Origin: Candidatus Sumerlaeia bacterium
GTDB lineage: Bacteria; Sumerlaeota; Sumerlaeia; SLMS01; JANRJK01
Assembly (NCBI GenBank): GCA_033764015.1
Contig: JANRJK010000019.1
Location: 1 to 64,000, forward strand
Reading direction: 5' to 3'
DNA: 64,000 nt
Under the pieces are notes generated by a model, which was given only the letters and a program-made list of their open reading frames with translations, did no database searches and was not told the origin of the DNA. The number at the start of each line of letters is the position of its first letter. Position 1 is the first letter of the stretch. A program made the position numbers and the translations under genes. Shown here in pieces: positions 29,525 to 39,649 of the stretch.

Positions 29525-30493
29525 ATGAGCGACGAAGCAACCGGCGGCACGATCCTCTACCTCGACCGCGACGCGGAAGCCTCCGCGCCGTTCCTCGAAC
29601 TCGCCCGCCGATTCGCCGCCGTCGAGGTGTACCCATCCCTCGACCAGCTCTTCACAGCGCTCCACGACCGCGACGGCGCGACCGTCCTCCTCGACTGGGA
29701 CACGCTCCGCGACACGCCGACGAGCGCCCTCGGCGGCCTCCGCGACCTCCGCGGCAGGGTCCCCATGGCCGCCGTCGCCGGCCAGCCCTACGAGGACCAC
29801 TTCTCCGACCTCCGCCGCTGGGGCATCCTCCAGGTCGGCGTCAAGGCGCCCCCCCTCGACGACTTCGAGTTCGGCCTCTTCCTCCGCTCCGTCCGGGCGC
29901 CCATCGAAGGCTTCGGGCTGCTGCGCTACATGGCCAACACCTGCCAAGTGCACAGCCTCGCCATCCGCACGATCCACGGCAAGATCGAGGCGATCGAGCG
30001 CGCCATCAACCACTTCGCCACCATCGGCTTCAACATCCACGAGCTCTACGACGTCCGCCTCACCCTCGAGGAGCTCTGCAACAACGCGCTCTTCCACGCC
30101 TTCCGCACCCCCGGCGGCGCCGAGAAGTACTCGATCCGCGAGTTCATGCAGCTCGACGACGGCGAATCGGTGCGCCTCGATTTCGGCAGCGACGGCGCCA
30201 CCACGGGCTTCGCCGTCACCGACAGCTCGGGCTCGCTCCCGGTCCGCGTGATCCTCGCCAAGCTCGAGCGGCACTTCAACCGCGAGGGCCTGCTCGACGA
30301 TAGCGGCCGCGGCCTCTACCTCACGCGGATGCTCTCCTCGCAGATGATCGTCAACATCGAGCGCGGGCGCCGCACGCAGTTCATTGTGCTCTTCGACGAC
30401 CGGCGCAAATCGCCCCGCCCCAAGCCCTTCGTCGTCAACTACGTCGGAACGGACACGTTCGACGAGTGGGGAATCGATCCGGACTTCGACTGA
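29525..30493 (+). CDS. HATPase_c (anti-sigma kinase-like) protein with receiver-like N-terminus
   Basis: LEELCNNALFHA (N box), VTDSSG, SGRGLYL. Confidence 0.75.
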   Translation: MSDEATGGTILYLDRDAEASAPFLELARRFAAVEVYPSLDQLFTALHDRDGATVLLDWDTLRDTPTSALGGLRDLRGRVPMAAVAGQPYEDHFSDLRRWGILQVGVKAPPLDDFEFGLFLRSVRAPIEGFGLLRYMANTCQVHSLAIRTIHGKIEAIERAINHFATIGFNIHELYDVRLTLEELCNNALFHAFRTPGGAEKYSIREFMQLDDGESVRLDFGSDGATTGFAVTDSSGSLPVRVILAKLERHFNREGLLDDSGRGLYLTRMLSSQMIVNIERGRRTQFIVLFDDRRKSPRPKPFVVNYVGTDTFDEWGIDPDFD

Positions 30494-31899
30494 TGGTGGA
30501 TGATCGCAAGCAAAGCGGCGCCGCGCGCCCCAAGAAGGGCGGCGAGGCGGAGGTGGTCGTCGAGTCGCTCGCGTTCGGCGGCGCGGGAGTCGCCCGCGCC
30601 GACGGCTTCGTCCTCTTCGTCCCGCACACCGCGCCGGGCGACCGGCTCCGCGTGGTGGTCACGAAGTCCAAGGGCTCCTGGGGCGAGGCCCGCGGGCGCG
30701 AACTCCTCGAAGCCGGCCCCGCCCGCGTCGAGCCCCTGTGCCCCCTCGTCGGCACCTGCGGCGGCTGCAACTGGCAGCACGTCTCCATCGAGGCCCAGCG
30801 CGAGGCCAAGGAGCGCATCGTCCGCGACGCGCTCCGCCAGATCGCCGGCCTCGCCGACGCCGTCGTCGAACCGCTCGTCGAGAGCCCCGACACCTGGCGC
30901 TACCGCAACAAGATGGAGTTCACCTTCGGCGCCTCGCGCCTCGACGGCGGCCTGGTGGCCGGCTTCCACGAGGCCGGCAACTGGCGACACATCCTCGACG
31001 CGGAGCGCTGCTGGCTCGCGCCCGAGTCGATGGAGCGCGCGCTCCGCGCCGCCGTCGCCGAGGGCGCCCGCCAGGGGCTCTCCGCCTGGTGCCCCCACGA
31101 AAAGCGCGGCACGCTCCGCCAGCTCGTCGTCCGCCACAGCGTCCACGAGGACGCGCTGCTCGCGCTGCTCCTCACCGGCGACGAATCGCTCGATTTCCCC
31201 GCCTTCGCCGCCGCGCTGCGGAGCGCGGAGCCCTCGCTCAAGGCGGTCGTCTGGGGCCTCAACGCGCGCGACAGCGACGTCGCCCGCGCGGAGCGCGTGC
31301 TCGCCACCGACGGCGACGCGTTCCTGGAGGAGCGCCTCGGCGGCCTCCGCTTCCGCATTTCGCCCGCCAGCTTCTTCCAGTCGAACACCCGCGGCGCGGA
31401 ACGCCTCTACGAGGTGGTGCGCGGATACGCCTCGCTCACCGGCGCGGAAAGCGTCCTCGACGCCTACTGCGGCACCGGGACCATCGCGCAGTACTGCGCG
31501 CCCGCCGCGCGCGAGGTCCTGGGCCTCGAACTGCTCACCGAGGCGGTCTGGGACGCGCGCGAGAACGCCGAGCGCAACGGCCTCGCGAACTGCCGGTTCG
31601 TCTCCGGCGACATCCGCCACACGCTCCCCGTGGCGCTCGGCTCCATGCCCGGGCGCATCGACCGCGTGATCGTCGACCCCCCGCGCGGCGGCATGGAGCG
31701 CAAGGCGCTCGAGCAACTCCTCGCGATCCGCGCCCCCGTTTTCGTCTACGTCTCCTGCAACCCCACGACCATGGCCCGCGACCTGCAGCAGGCGCTCGAG
31801 GCCGGCTACCGGCTCGACCGCGTCCGCCCCGTCGACATGTTCCCCCAGACGTACCACGTCGAGGCGGTCGCCCGCCTCGTCCTCGGAGGCGGCGCTTGA
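30493..31899 (+). CDS. rlmD: 23S rRNA (uracil-1939-C5)-methyltransferase, TRAM domain
   Basis: TRAM N-terminus, CGGCNWQH, YRNKMEF, SFFQSN, DAYCGTG, DPPRGG, YVSCNP, DMFPQT.HVE. Confidence 0.95.
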   Translation: MVDDRKQSGAARPKKGGEAEVVVESLAFGGAGVARADGFVLFVPHTAPGDRLRVVVTKSKGSWGEARGRELLEAGPARVEPLCPLVGTCGGCNWQHVSIEAQREAKERIVRDALRQIAGLADAVVEPLVESPDTWRYRNKMEFTFGASRLDGGLVAGFHEAGNWRHILDAERCWLAPESMERALRAAVAEGARQGLSAWCPHEKRGTLRQLVVRHSVHEDALLALLLTGDESLDFPAFAAALRSAEPSLKAVVWGLNARDSDVARAERVLATDGDAFLEERLGGLRFRISPASFFQSNTRGAERLYEVVRGYASLTGAESVLDAYCGTGTIAQYCAPAAREVLGLELLTEAVWDARENAERNGLANCRFVSGDIRHTLPVALGSMPGRIDRVIVDPPRGGMERKALEQLLAIRAPVFVYVSCNPTTMARDLQQALEAGYRLDRVRPVDMFPQTYHVEAVARLVLGGGA

Positions 31900-32738
31900 T
31901 CGAAGCGGCCCGTGAGCTGTGGGGCGCCCGCGAGCTCGTCTTCACTCTCGTGAAGCGCGACCTCAAGATCCGCTACAAGTCCACCGCGCTCGGCTTCCTC
32001 TGGAGCTTCGGGCGGCCGCTCGCCATCATGGCGATCCTGTGGGCCGTGTTCTCCCAGTTCGTCGGCATCGAAACCGCCCACGCCGACCTGCCGTACCCGC
32101 TGCAACTGCTCTCGAGCCTCCTCCCCTGGATGTTCCTCACGGGGGCGGTCTTCGAAGCCAACGGGAGCATCCTCGCCAACGGCAACATCGTGAAGAAAAT
32201 CGCCGTGCCCTCCATCGTCTTTCCGACCGCGGCGGTCCTTGGCAACCTCGTCCACCTGTTCCTGGCGCTCGGCGTGCTGGCGGTTTTCGTGCTCTTCTCC
32301 AGCATCCCCTTCGGCTGGGAAGTGCTGCTGCTTCCCTTCCTGATCGCGGTGCAAACGCTCATGCTGCTCGGCATCGCCTACCTGGTCGCGGCGCTCAATG
32401 TCTTCTACCGCGACGTCGGAAGCGTCACCGAGATCGTCGTCACGATGTGGTTCTACCTCACGCCGATCATCTACCCGCTGCAGCTCGCGCGGAACAAGCT
32501 GCGCGACGACGGCCACGAGGTGCTGTACTACCTGTACCTGCTGAACCCGATGACGCCGATCGTCTGCGCCTACCGCCGGCTCTGGTTCGGCTCGCTCCTG
32601 CGCCACGGCGGACGCGAACTGGACGACAAGACGCTCCTGCTCGCGGTGGCCTCCTCGACGGTGTTCGCGGTGCTGGTCTTCCTGGCGGGCCAGGCGGTGT
32701 TCCGGCGCCTGAGCGACCGCTTCGCCGACGAACTCTAG
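31896..32738 (+). CDS. ABC-2 type polysaccharide export permease (Wzm-like)
   Basis: RDLKIRYK.TALGFLWS, LNVFYRDV, WFYLTPIIYP, LNPM, FADEL*; TTG start overlapping the rlmD stop. Confidence 0.9.
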   Translation: MIEAARELWGARELVFTLVKRDLKIRYKSTALGFLWSFGRPLAIMAILWAVFSQFVGIETAHADLPYPLQLLSSLLPWMFLTGAVFEANGSILANGNIVKKIAVPSIVFPTAAVLGNLVHLFLALGVLAVFVLFSSIPFGWEVLLLPFLIAVQTLMLLGIAYLVAALNVFYRDVGSVTEIVVTMWFYLTPIIYPLQLARNKLRDDGHEVLYYLYLLNPMTPIVCAYRRLWFGSLLRHGGRELDDKTLLLAVASSTVFAVLVFLAGQAVFRRLSDRFADEL

Positions 32739-33463
32739 CGCCCGAGCGCCTTCACGGCGAACGCGCCCAGCCGCCAGAGCGCCTCCAGCGGCAGCGTTCC
32801 GAACGCCCGCTCCGCGTGCTTGCCGTGCATCATGCGCCCCGCCCCCTCCGCCACCATCAGCGCCAGGACCAACAGCTCCACCGGCCCCGGCGGCGACGCG
32901 GCGTCCCCCGCGCCGAGGCCCGCCGCGAACAGGCGCGCGATGGCGATCGCCCCCAGCGTGAGGCCCAGCGTGAACTCCACCATCCCGCTCCGCGCCGTGG
33001 CCCGCGCCGTGTCGAAGTGCAGCCGTTCCGCCAGCAGCTCCTGCGCGCCGCCGGGAAGCACCCCCAGCGCCCAGTCGTACCAGCCGGCGGCCTCGCTCCG
33101 GGTGGTCTCCTTCTCGCGCTCCTGCCGCGCCATCTCCTCCTCGAGCAGCGCCTCCGCTGTCAGCAGCACCTTGTGCGGCGCCCGGACGCCCTCCGCGAGC
33201 GGCTCCGCCACATAGAGCCAACCGGCCCCGTCCGCGCGCTCCTCCTCGAGCCGGAACAGACCGCCCTCGAACTCGAAGACCGTGGCGACCATGCCGGCGC
33301 GGCCGGGCACCGAGGTGTCGTGCGTGCGTGGGATCCATTCCGTGCGCCGCGCCTCGCACGCGACGTACAGCACCGCGGCTCCCTCCGCGCCGATGGCGCA
33401 GGCGTGGATTCCGGGGAAGAGCTCGGACCAGGTTGGCTCGGCCATCGGTTCGTCGTGCGACAT
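32735..33463 (-). CDS. Hypothetical membrane protein
   Basis: 242-aa ORF with two C-terminal hydrophobic helices, co-oriented with the large TPR gene. Confidence 0.6.
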   Translation of the reverse strand: MSHDEPMAEPTWSELFPGIHACAIGAEGAAVLYVACEARRTEWIPRTHDTSVPGRAGMVATVFEFEGGLFRLEEERADGAGWLYVAEPLAEGVRAPHKVLLTAEALLEEEMARQEREKETTRSEAAGWYDWALGVLPGGAQELLAERLHFDTARATARSGMVEFTLGLTLGAIAIARLFAAGLGAGDAASPPGPVELLVLALMVAEGAGRMMHGKHAERAFGTLPLEALWRLGAFAVKALGR

Positions 33464-33506
33464 TAGAGAGTCGGAGCGGGCGGCGTGCCGTGCGGACGGC
33501 GCGCGC

Positions 33507-36500
33507 CTAGCGCTCCGCCAGCGGCCCCAGCTCCGGCAACCCCTCCTCGGGCGCCACGTCCAGCGCGAGACGGTCGCGCGCGACTTGCGTGTAGGGCGCC
33601 TCCGGCGCGACTTCGACGGCGCGCTGGTAGGATTGGCGCGCCTTCTCGCGCTCGCCGAGCCGTTCGTAGGTGAGCCCCAGCGTCGTCCAGGCGCGCGTGT
33701 GGCGCTGTTCGATCGCGACCGCCTTCTTCAGCGCCTCCTCCGCCTTGGAGTACTGCTCGAGGCGGAAGAAGGCGGAGCCGACGTTGTTGAGCACGTCGGG
33801 GTTCTCGGGCTCGCTCTCCAGCGCGATCTGGTACTGCTCGAGCGCGGGCCTCATGCGGCCGAGCCGCTGCAGGAAGTTGCCGTAGTCGTTGTTCGCCGCC
33901 GCCACCTTGTAGCCGGAGGAGGTCGCTCGCAGGAAGGACGATTCGGCGCGGGCGTCCGCGCCCATCGCGGCGAACGTGTGCGCGAGGTAGAGCGCGGGCG
34001 CGGCCGCCTTCGGATTCAGCGCCAGCGCCGCGTGGAAGTCCGTGTGCGCCGCCGCTAGGTCCGACTTCAGCAGCTCGATGAACCCGCTCTCCATCGCCTC
34101 GCGGTAGCGCCGCTCCCGCTGCGCCGCAAGCGCGGGCAGCGCCAGCGCCCCCGCCAGCGCCACGAGCGTCAGCCCCAGCGTCAGCGAAGTCGCCGTGCGC
34201 ATTCCCGCGGGGTAGGGCATGTCCATGTCGCGGACGATGTGCAGCTCGCTGTAGAACCGGTGGCACGACCAGTGGCGGTTCAGCACCTGCTGCAGCGCGT
34301 TGAGCACCCCCTGCCGGTCCCGGGTGTAGGGCTTCATATCCAGCACCCAGCGGAGCGGCAACTCGCTCGGCTGCCGCACCAGGAATTCGCCCTTCGCCTG
34401 GTGCCCCTTCGGGACGAACTCGCCGTGCGGATCCGCCCAGGGGGCCGAGACCTCCTCCATGAAGTGGCGGAGCAGCACATGCGCCGTCAGCAGCATCGGG
34501 TAGATCTCGATCAGGAACAGCAGCAGCAGCGCGCCCGCGGGCCAGGCGAGCAGCGGAACAAGACTGTCCTGCGTCCAGGCGAGCGCCGCCAGCCCGGCCA
34601 GCAGGACCAACGAAATCCCGAGCGCGAACAGCAGGCGCCAGGTCGAGATCACCGGCACTTCGACGCCGGTGTGGTCGCGCACCCACCACGAGATCCGCTG
34701 CGCCTGGCGGTTCATCGCGCTCCAGGGCAGGCGCCCCTTCGGCAGCGGGTGGTGGTGGTCCGGCTTGGGCCGCTTGTTCGCCGGCAACGCGATGGTGCGG
34801 TGCTTCTGGAGGCTGCGCCACAGCACGACCGACAATCCCGCGCCGATCACCGCCAGCACCGCGCGCGCCAGGTGCATCTGGGGATCGAGCGACACCGTCA
34901 CGAAGTAGCCGTACCACCAAAGCAGCCCCGAGAGCGCGATCGGCAGCCGCCCCAGGTCCAGAGGCGCGGACGACAGCGAGAGCACCGATTCGATCTTCTG
35001 CCGCACGATCACGTTGGCGGGGTCGATCAGGAGGATCTCCCGGTAGCACTCCGCCTCCTTCGCGCGCTCGCGCGTCTGCTCGTAAAGCGCGGCGAGCGTG
35101 GACCACGCCTCGACGCGGCGCGGGTCCTCCTGGATCGCCATCTGCACCGCGCGGATGCACTCGTCCGGAGGGCGCTCCTCCATCACCATGTCCATCGCCT
35201 TCTCGAACTTGGCGACGAAGTCGTTCTTCGATTTCAGCGTCAGACGCGAGTCCCACGGATCGAAGTCCGCCTCGCGCATGTTCTCCAACTCGCGCCCCTT
35301 CTCGACCTCGGAGAGCTGCGTGGGCGCCCCGCAGTGCTTGCACTCGCGGTCCTCGGCGCCGAGCGCCAGGCCGCACATGCGGCAGTCGTGCTGCTGCGCC
35401 ATCGTGGCGACCACTTCCTCGCCCGCGAAGCGCACGGTCTCGTCCGCTTCCGGCAGCACCGCGTCGCCGGGCCGGGCCGTGTGCCAGGCGACGGAACCCA
35501 CCAGCCACGCGCCAAGCAGCAGCGGCAGCACCACCAGCAGCAGCGCGCTCCGGGTGTCGGGCTGGTTCTCCTCGTCCTGCAGGGTGACGACTTCAAAGCG
35601 TTCCCAGGCGGGGCTGTCGCGGTCGATCTCCGAGCGCTCACCTCCGAGCGCCGTGCGGCTGCGCTTCACCGTCCCGCCCCAGAGCTCCGGGTCAGCGAGC
35701 GAGGCGAACAGGCCCTCGCCCAGCATCGACTCGCGACGCACCACCGCGTCGATCCGCCGCTCGTGCTCGGCCAGCCACTCGGAGGCGCGGAGCCCGGCGA
35801 CCGTGCCGCGGAACTCCTCGACGATGCGGCGCAGGATCGCGAGCGTTTCCTCCAGCAGCTCCTCCGCCATCTTCGCCTGCGCCTCGATCCACAGCTCCAT
35901 CGCGGAGCGCTCCGCGGGGATCGACGCGGCCAGCTCCTCGACCGTCTTGGCGTCCTTGCTTTCCGCGAGCCTCGGGAAGTCGATGAGCTTGCGCAGCTCC
36001 GCCTCCGCCTCGTCGAACTCCGTCGCGGCGATCGCCATGCGGGCCTTCACCAGGCCGAGGGAAACGGGGGCCTCCACGGTGGCCTCGCGGTGCACCTGCC
36101 GGGCCTCCTCCGCGCCGGGACTGTCGGCGAAGCGCTCGAGGTACTCCATGGCCCGCGCGGCCGCGTCGTCAAAACGCCGCGCCGCGAGCGCCTCGCGTGC
36201 CTGCGCCAGCAGATCCGCCGCCTCCAGCTCCCCGGCGCTGTCGCCAGCGATGCGCGCCAGCCGCTCCTGCGCCGCCGCCGAATCGCGCAGCGACGCCGGC
36301 GCGTCCTTCGCCAGCCGGTACGCCTCCTCCAGCTTCCCGTCGCGGATCCGGCGGCGGAACGCGTCGAAGAAGGACGCCTCCTCGCGCAATTGCCGCACGC
36401 GCGCGTCGCCGGGGCGCAGGCTCTCCACGCTCTGGATCGAGGCCAGCGCCAAGTCCACCAAGTCGCGCGAATCCGCGTAGTCGTAGACGCGGAGCAGCTT

Positions 36501-37379
36501 GTCCGCCTCGTCCTCCGCGGAGCGCTCCTGCGCGCGTTCCTGGAACTCCGCGTAGGTGATGGCGGCGCCGCCCGTGTCGCCGGTGATCTCGAGCAGGCGC
36601 ACGAACGTCGCCACGGCGTCGGGGGCGCGGTCCTCCGCGAGGAGGCGGCGGCTGCGCTCGCCGAGCAGTTCGGCGAGCTTCGGCGCGGCGAGGTCGAAGT
36701 TCTTCGCCGGGGCGAGGCGCACCAGGGCCTCGAACGCGTCGATCGCGGAATCGTTGTCGCGGACGCGCACCGCGGTTTCCGCGCGCAGCCGCTGCACCTC
36801 CTCGCGGTCCGGCGCCAGCTCCGCCGCCCGGTTCAGCGCCATCAGCGCGGCGGGATACTCCACGCGGTCGATCAGCGCCAGCGCCCGGTCGTACTCCGCC
36901 TGCGCGTCGTCGGCGCTGGTGCGCGTCGCGGTCAGCTCCGCGCGGAGCGCCGCGAGCTCGCCAGACAGCCGCGCATGGTCCTCGTCGCCAAGCTGCCCGG
37001 CGGCGCGCATCGCGTCCAGCGAGGCGGCCCGCTCCGCGATGATCTGCAGCGCGCGCGGCCGGTTCTGCGCCGCGGCCTGCGCCCGCGCCTCCGTCACCGA
37101 CTTGCGCACTTCGGATTGGACGAACTCGAGCGAGAAGCCCCGCTCCACCGAAAGCACCTGCGCCTTCGGGAACGAAAGCGTGCTGGTGCCCGTCTCGATC
37201 CGGACCGTCTTGTCGTCCTCGTCGAGCACCTTCCCTTCGATGACGCGCCCGTTGCGGAGCGTCACTTTGTCCGCCGGCGCCAGCGCGGGAAGCAGCAGCG
37301 CCAGCAGCGCGAGCAACGCTCCCCACAGCGCCGCGCGGCGCCGGGAACGACTCGTCCCGCCAAGATCTGATCGATGCAT
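33507..37379 (-). CDS. Large multi-pass membrane TPR protein with zinc ribbon
   Basis: Signal peptide; DKVTLRNGRVIEGKV beta-domain; TPR-like helices; TM; CRMC..CKHC; further TMs; canonical C-terminal TPRs. Confidence 0.8.
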   Translation of the reverse strand: MHRSDLGGTSRSRRRAALWGALLALLALLLPALAPADKVTLRNGRVIEGKVLDEDDKTVRIETGTSTLSFPKAQVLSVERGFSLEFVQSEVRKSVTEARAQAAAQNRPRALQIIAERAASLDAMRAAGQLGDEDHARLSGELAALRAELTATRTSADDAQAEYDRALALIDRVEYPAALMALNRAAELAPDREEVQRLRAETAVRVRDNDSAIDAFEALVRLAPAKNFDLAAPKLAELLGERSRRLLAEDRAPDAVATFVRLLEITGDTGGAAITYAEFQERAQERSAEDEADKLLRVYDYADSRDLVDLALASIQSVESLRPGDARVRQLREEASFFDAFRRRIRDGKLEEAYRLAKDAPASLRDSAAAQERLARIAGDSAGELEAADLLAQAREALAARRFDDAAARAMEYLERFADSPGAEEARQVHREATVEAPVSLGLVKARMAIAATEFDEAEAELRKLIDFPRLAESKDAKTVEELAASIPAERSAMELWIEAQAKMAEELLEETLAILRRIVEEFRGTVAGLRASEWLAEHERRIDAVVRRESMLGEGLFASLADPELWGGTVKRSRTALGGERSEIDRDSPAWERFEVVTLQDEENQPDTRSALLLVVLPLLLGAWLVGSVAWHTARPGDAVLPEADETVRFAGEEVVATMAQQHDCRMCGLALGAEDRECKHCGAPTQLSEVEKGRELENMREADFDPWDSRLTLKSKNDFVAKFEKAMDMVMEERPPDECIRAVQMAIQEDPRRVEAWSTLAALYEQTRERAKEAECYREILLIDPANVIVRQKIESVLSLSSAPLDLGRLPIALSGLLWWYGYFVTVSLDPQMHLARAVLAVIGAGLSVVLWRSLQKHRTIALPANKRPKPDHHHPLPKGRLPWSAMNRQAQRISWWVRDHTGVEVPVISTWRLLFALGISLVLLAGLAALAWTQDSLVPLLAWPAGALLLLFLIEIYPMLLTAHVLLRHFMEEVSAPWADPHGEFVPKGHQAKGEFLVRQPSELPLRWVLDMKPYTRDRQGVLNALQQVLNRHWSCHRFYSELHIVRDMDMPYPAGMRTATSLTLGLTLVALAGALALPALAAQRERRYREAMESGFIELLKSDLAAAHTDFHAALALNPKAAAPALYLAHTFAAMGADARAESSFLRATSSGYKVAAANNDYGNFLQRLGRMRPALEQYQIALESEPENPDVLNNVGSAFFRLEQYSKAEEALKKAVAIEQRHTRAWTTLGLTYERLGEREKARQSYQRAVEVAPEAPYTQVARDRLALDVAPEEGLPELGPLAER

Positions 37380-37514
37380 GGCAACCGCCTCCACGTCCGA
37401 GGCCAATGAACCCCATTTAAGACATCGAATGTGGGCGATTCCGGCACGGCAGGTAAAGGTGAATCGGGAATCCCATCGCCACGCGCGGTCCGCTCCCGCA
37501 AAACTCGTCCTCGC

Positions 37515-38507
37515 ATGACTCTCCCCGACACCTCCGCCAGCACGTTCCACAAGCTCGTCTACGCCTCCGTTTGCTTTGTCTGGGGCACCACCTACCTCGC
37601 GATCAAGATCGGCGTCGAAACGCTTCCGCCCTTCCTCATGGGTGGCGTGCGCTTCCTGATCGCAGGTCTGCCGCTGCTCCTGGTGCTCAAGTGGCGCGGC
37701 GCCCCCTGGCCCACGCGATCGGACTGGCCTGCGATCGCGGTCGGTGGAGTCACCATGCTCGCGATCGGCAACGGCTTGGTGGGCTGGGCAGAGCAATGGC
37801 TCCCGAGCGGCCTCACTGCCGTGCTCGTCCTCACGTCACCCTTCGCGTACGTCGGCCTCAGCGCGCTCCTCGGCGACCGCATCGTGCCTTCCACCTGGGC
37901 GGGTCTCGCGCTGGCCTTCGTCGGAGTCCTGGTGCTGTTCGGCGGCGACATCGCGAAGCTCGCCGGCGCGCCGGACGGCGCGAAGCTCCTCTGGCCGATT
38001 GTGGCGGTGCTCGTCTCCACTGTCACGTGGGCCGTCGGCGGCGTCGTCACCGCCCGCGCGCCGTCCAAGGCGCCGCTGCTGATGACCGTCGCCTGCCAGA
38101 TGCTGATCGGCGCCGCCGGCCAGCTCGCCATCAGCGCCGCCGCGGGCGAATGGGCCCGCCCGCTCGCCCCGAGCCCCGAGTCCCTCGCGGCCCTCGGCTA
38201 CCTCGTCGTCGCCGGATCGTGGATCGGCTTCGGCGGCTACGTCCTCATCCTGCGCACCATGTCGCCGGACGCGGTGTCGCTGATCACCTACATCAACACC
38301 GTCGTCGCGGTGCTGGTGGGTTGGCTGCTGGGCAGCGAAACCATGAGCCTCCGCCTGGTCGCCGGCAGCGCGGTCATCATCGCCGGCGTCGCGGTGGTGA
38401 ATCGGGGGCTCGCGGTCGAGAAGCGGCGCAAGGCGGAGGAAGCGCGCCGGAGGCAGGAGGAAGAGCTCAAGCTGAGCCGCGAACTGCCGAAGTTCCAGAC
38501 CCAGTAG
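37515..38507 (+). CDS. EamA/DMT family transporter
   Basis: VWGTTYLAIK, PPFLMGGVRF, IGNG..AEQWLPSG, YINTVVAV.VG; about 10 TMs. Confidence 0.92.
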   Translation: MTLPDTSASTFHKLVYASVCFVWGTTYLAIKIGVETLPPFLMGGVRFLIAGLPLLLVLKWRGAPWPTRSDWPAIAVGGVTMLAIGNGLVGWAEQWLPSGLTAVLVLTSPFAYVGLSALLGDRIVPSTWAGLALAFVGVLVLFGGDIAKLAGAPDGAKLLWPIVAVLVSTVTWAVGGVVTARAPSKAPLLMTVACQMLIGAAGQLAISAAAGEWARPLAPSPESLAALGYLVVAGSWIGFGGYVLILRTMSPDAVSLITYINTVVAVLVGWLLGSETMSLRLVAGSAVIIAGVAVVNRGLAVEKRRKAEEARRRQEEELKLSRELPKFQTQ

Positions 38508-38522
38508 CCCCGTGGTCCCCCT

Positions 38523-39497
38523 TCAGCGCTCGCGGAACTCGTAGCGCTCCACCACCTCCGGCCGCGCGCCGAGGTACTCGTAGCTGTAGAAGGAGAACCC
38601 GTTCAGCCGCGCGTCGGTGCGCGTGTGCGACAGCACGATGTACTTGTTGTCGAGCACCTCGAAGTTCGTCGAGGGCAGCCGCTGCGCGTGCAGCGGGTCG
38701 AACGGCACCCAGCCGAAATCCTCGATCCAGACCTCGGCCCAGTTGTGCTTCACCGTGTCCGCGTCCTCCACCGTCACCCCGGTCAGGACGCGCGCCGGGA
38801 AGCCCGACGCGCGCGCCAGCGCCACGAACAGGTCCGCGTACTCCGTGCAGTCGCCCCCGCCGCGGCGCAGCGTCTCCGTCGCGCCCACCGAGTCGGGATT
38901 GTATCCGTGGTAGGCGAGCCGACGGATCACGAACTGGTGCAAGTCGTGCAGCGTCTCCGTGTCGGCCGGCCGGCGCATCCGTTGGGCGAGCCCGACAATC
39001 TCCTGCGCGTCGCTCTCGATATAGGGCTCTGGAAGCGAGAACAGCGACAGCCGCCCCGTGCCCGCCGCGCCACCCGCGCCCGCCGCGCCGCCCTTGCCTT
39101 CCGCCCCGGCGGCGACCGCCCGCTCCCCCTCGCGCAGACGCACCCGCGCCTTCGCGAGCCCGTCCCGCTCGAGACGGACCAGATACCGGGCCTCGAACGA
39201 AACCGGCCCCGACAGGTCCTCGAAGAGGAATTCCGCGTAACTCTCGCCCTCCGCCTCGAACTCCGCCGAAGGCGCACGGGAGAACGACCGCTCGATCACC
39301 CGTTGGCGGTGGTGGATGTCGCGCGGGGAGGACTGCCGCAGGACGATCCGCCGTAGCGGCCCCCGGGGGCGGATCTCGTACCGGACCACCAGCTCGACCT
39401 CGCGGACCGGCTGGTCGAACGGTTGCGGCGTCGACGTGTGAGACTCCGATGCGAGGAAGCTCAGCAGCGCGGCGGCGGTGGCGGCCCGGGTCTTCAC
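38523..39497 (-). CDS. Transglutaminase-like domain protein
   Basis: GDCTEYADLFVALARASGFPAR, HNWAEVW, GWVPFDP (Cys-His-Asp triad). Confidence 0.88.
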   Translation of the reverse strand: MKTRAATAAALLSFLASESHTSTPQPFDQPVREVELVVRYEIRPRGPLRRIVLRQSSPRDIHHRQRVIERSFSRAPSAEFEAEGESYAEFLFEDLSGPVSFEARYLVRLERDGLAKARVRLREGERAVAAGAEGKGGAAGAGGAAGTGRLSLFSLPEPYIESDAQEIVGLAQRMRRPADTETLHDLHQFVIRRLAYHGYNPDSVGATETLRRGGGDCTEYADLFVALARASGFPARVLTGVTVEDADTVKHNWAEVWIEDFGWVPFDPLHAQRLPSTNFEVLDNKYIVLSHTRTDARLNGFSFYSYEYLGARPEVVERYEFRER

Positions 39498-39649
39498 GCG
39501 TGCGATCCTCTAGTGGGTGCGTCTCGTCCTGTTTTGTCCACCCTTGCCGCATGCTCGGTCAAGTCTAGGCGGACACGACCCTTTACATCGGTTATGGCGG
39601 CGTTCCCCCTTGCCGGTACGCGGGAGCCCGCGCAAACCATTTCAGGACC

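Noticed and set aside
30738..31895. 5' part of the 666-aa ORF 30738..32738
   Set aside because: Shadow frame over rlmD; the permease starts at TTG 31896
34239..37370. 1043-aa antisense ORF (similarly 68..1618, 3330..5396, 45182..48076, 60795..63158)
   Set aside because: Antisense to well-supported genes; long stop-free shadow frames are expected at this GC content
39040..39125. Gly/Ala-rich stretch in the transglutaminase-like gene as a repeat element
   Set aside because: Short in-frame low-complexity linker with no defined repeat unit
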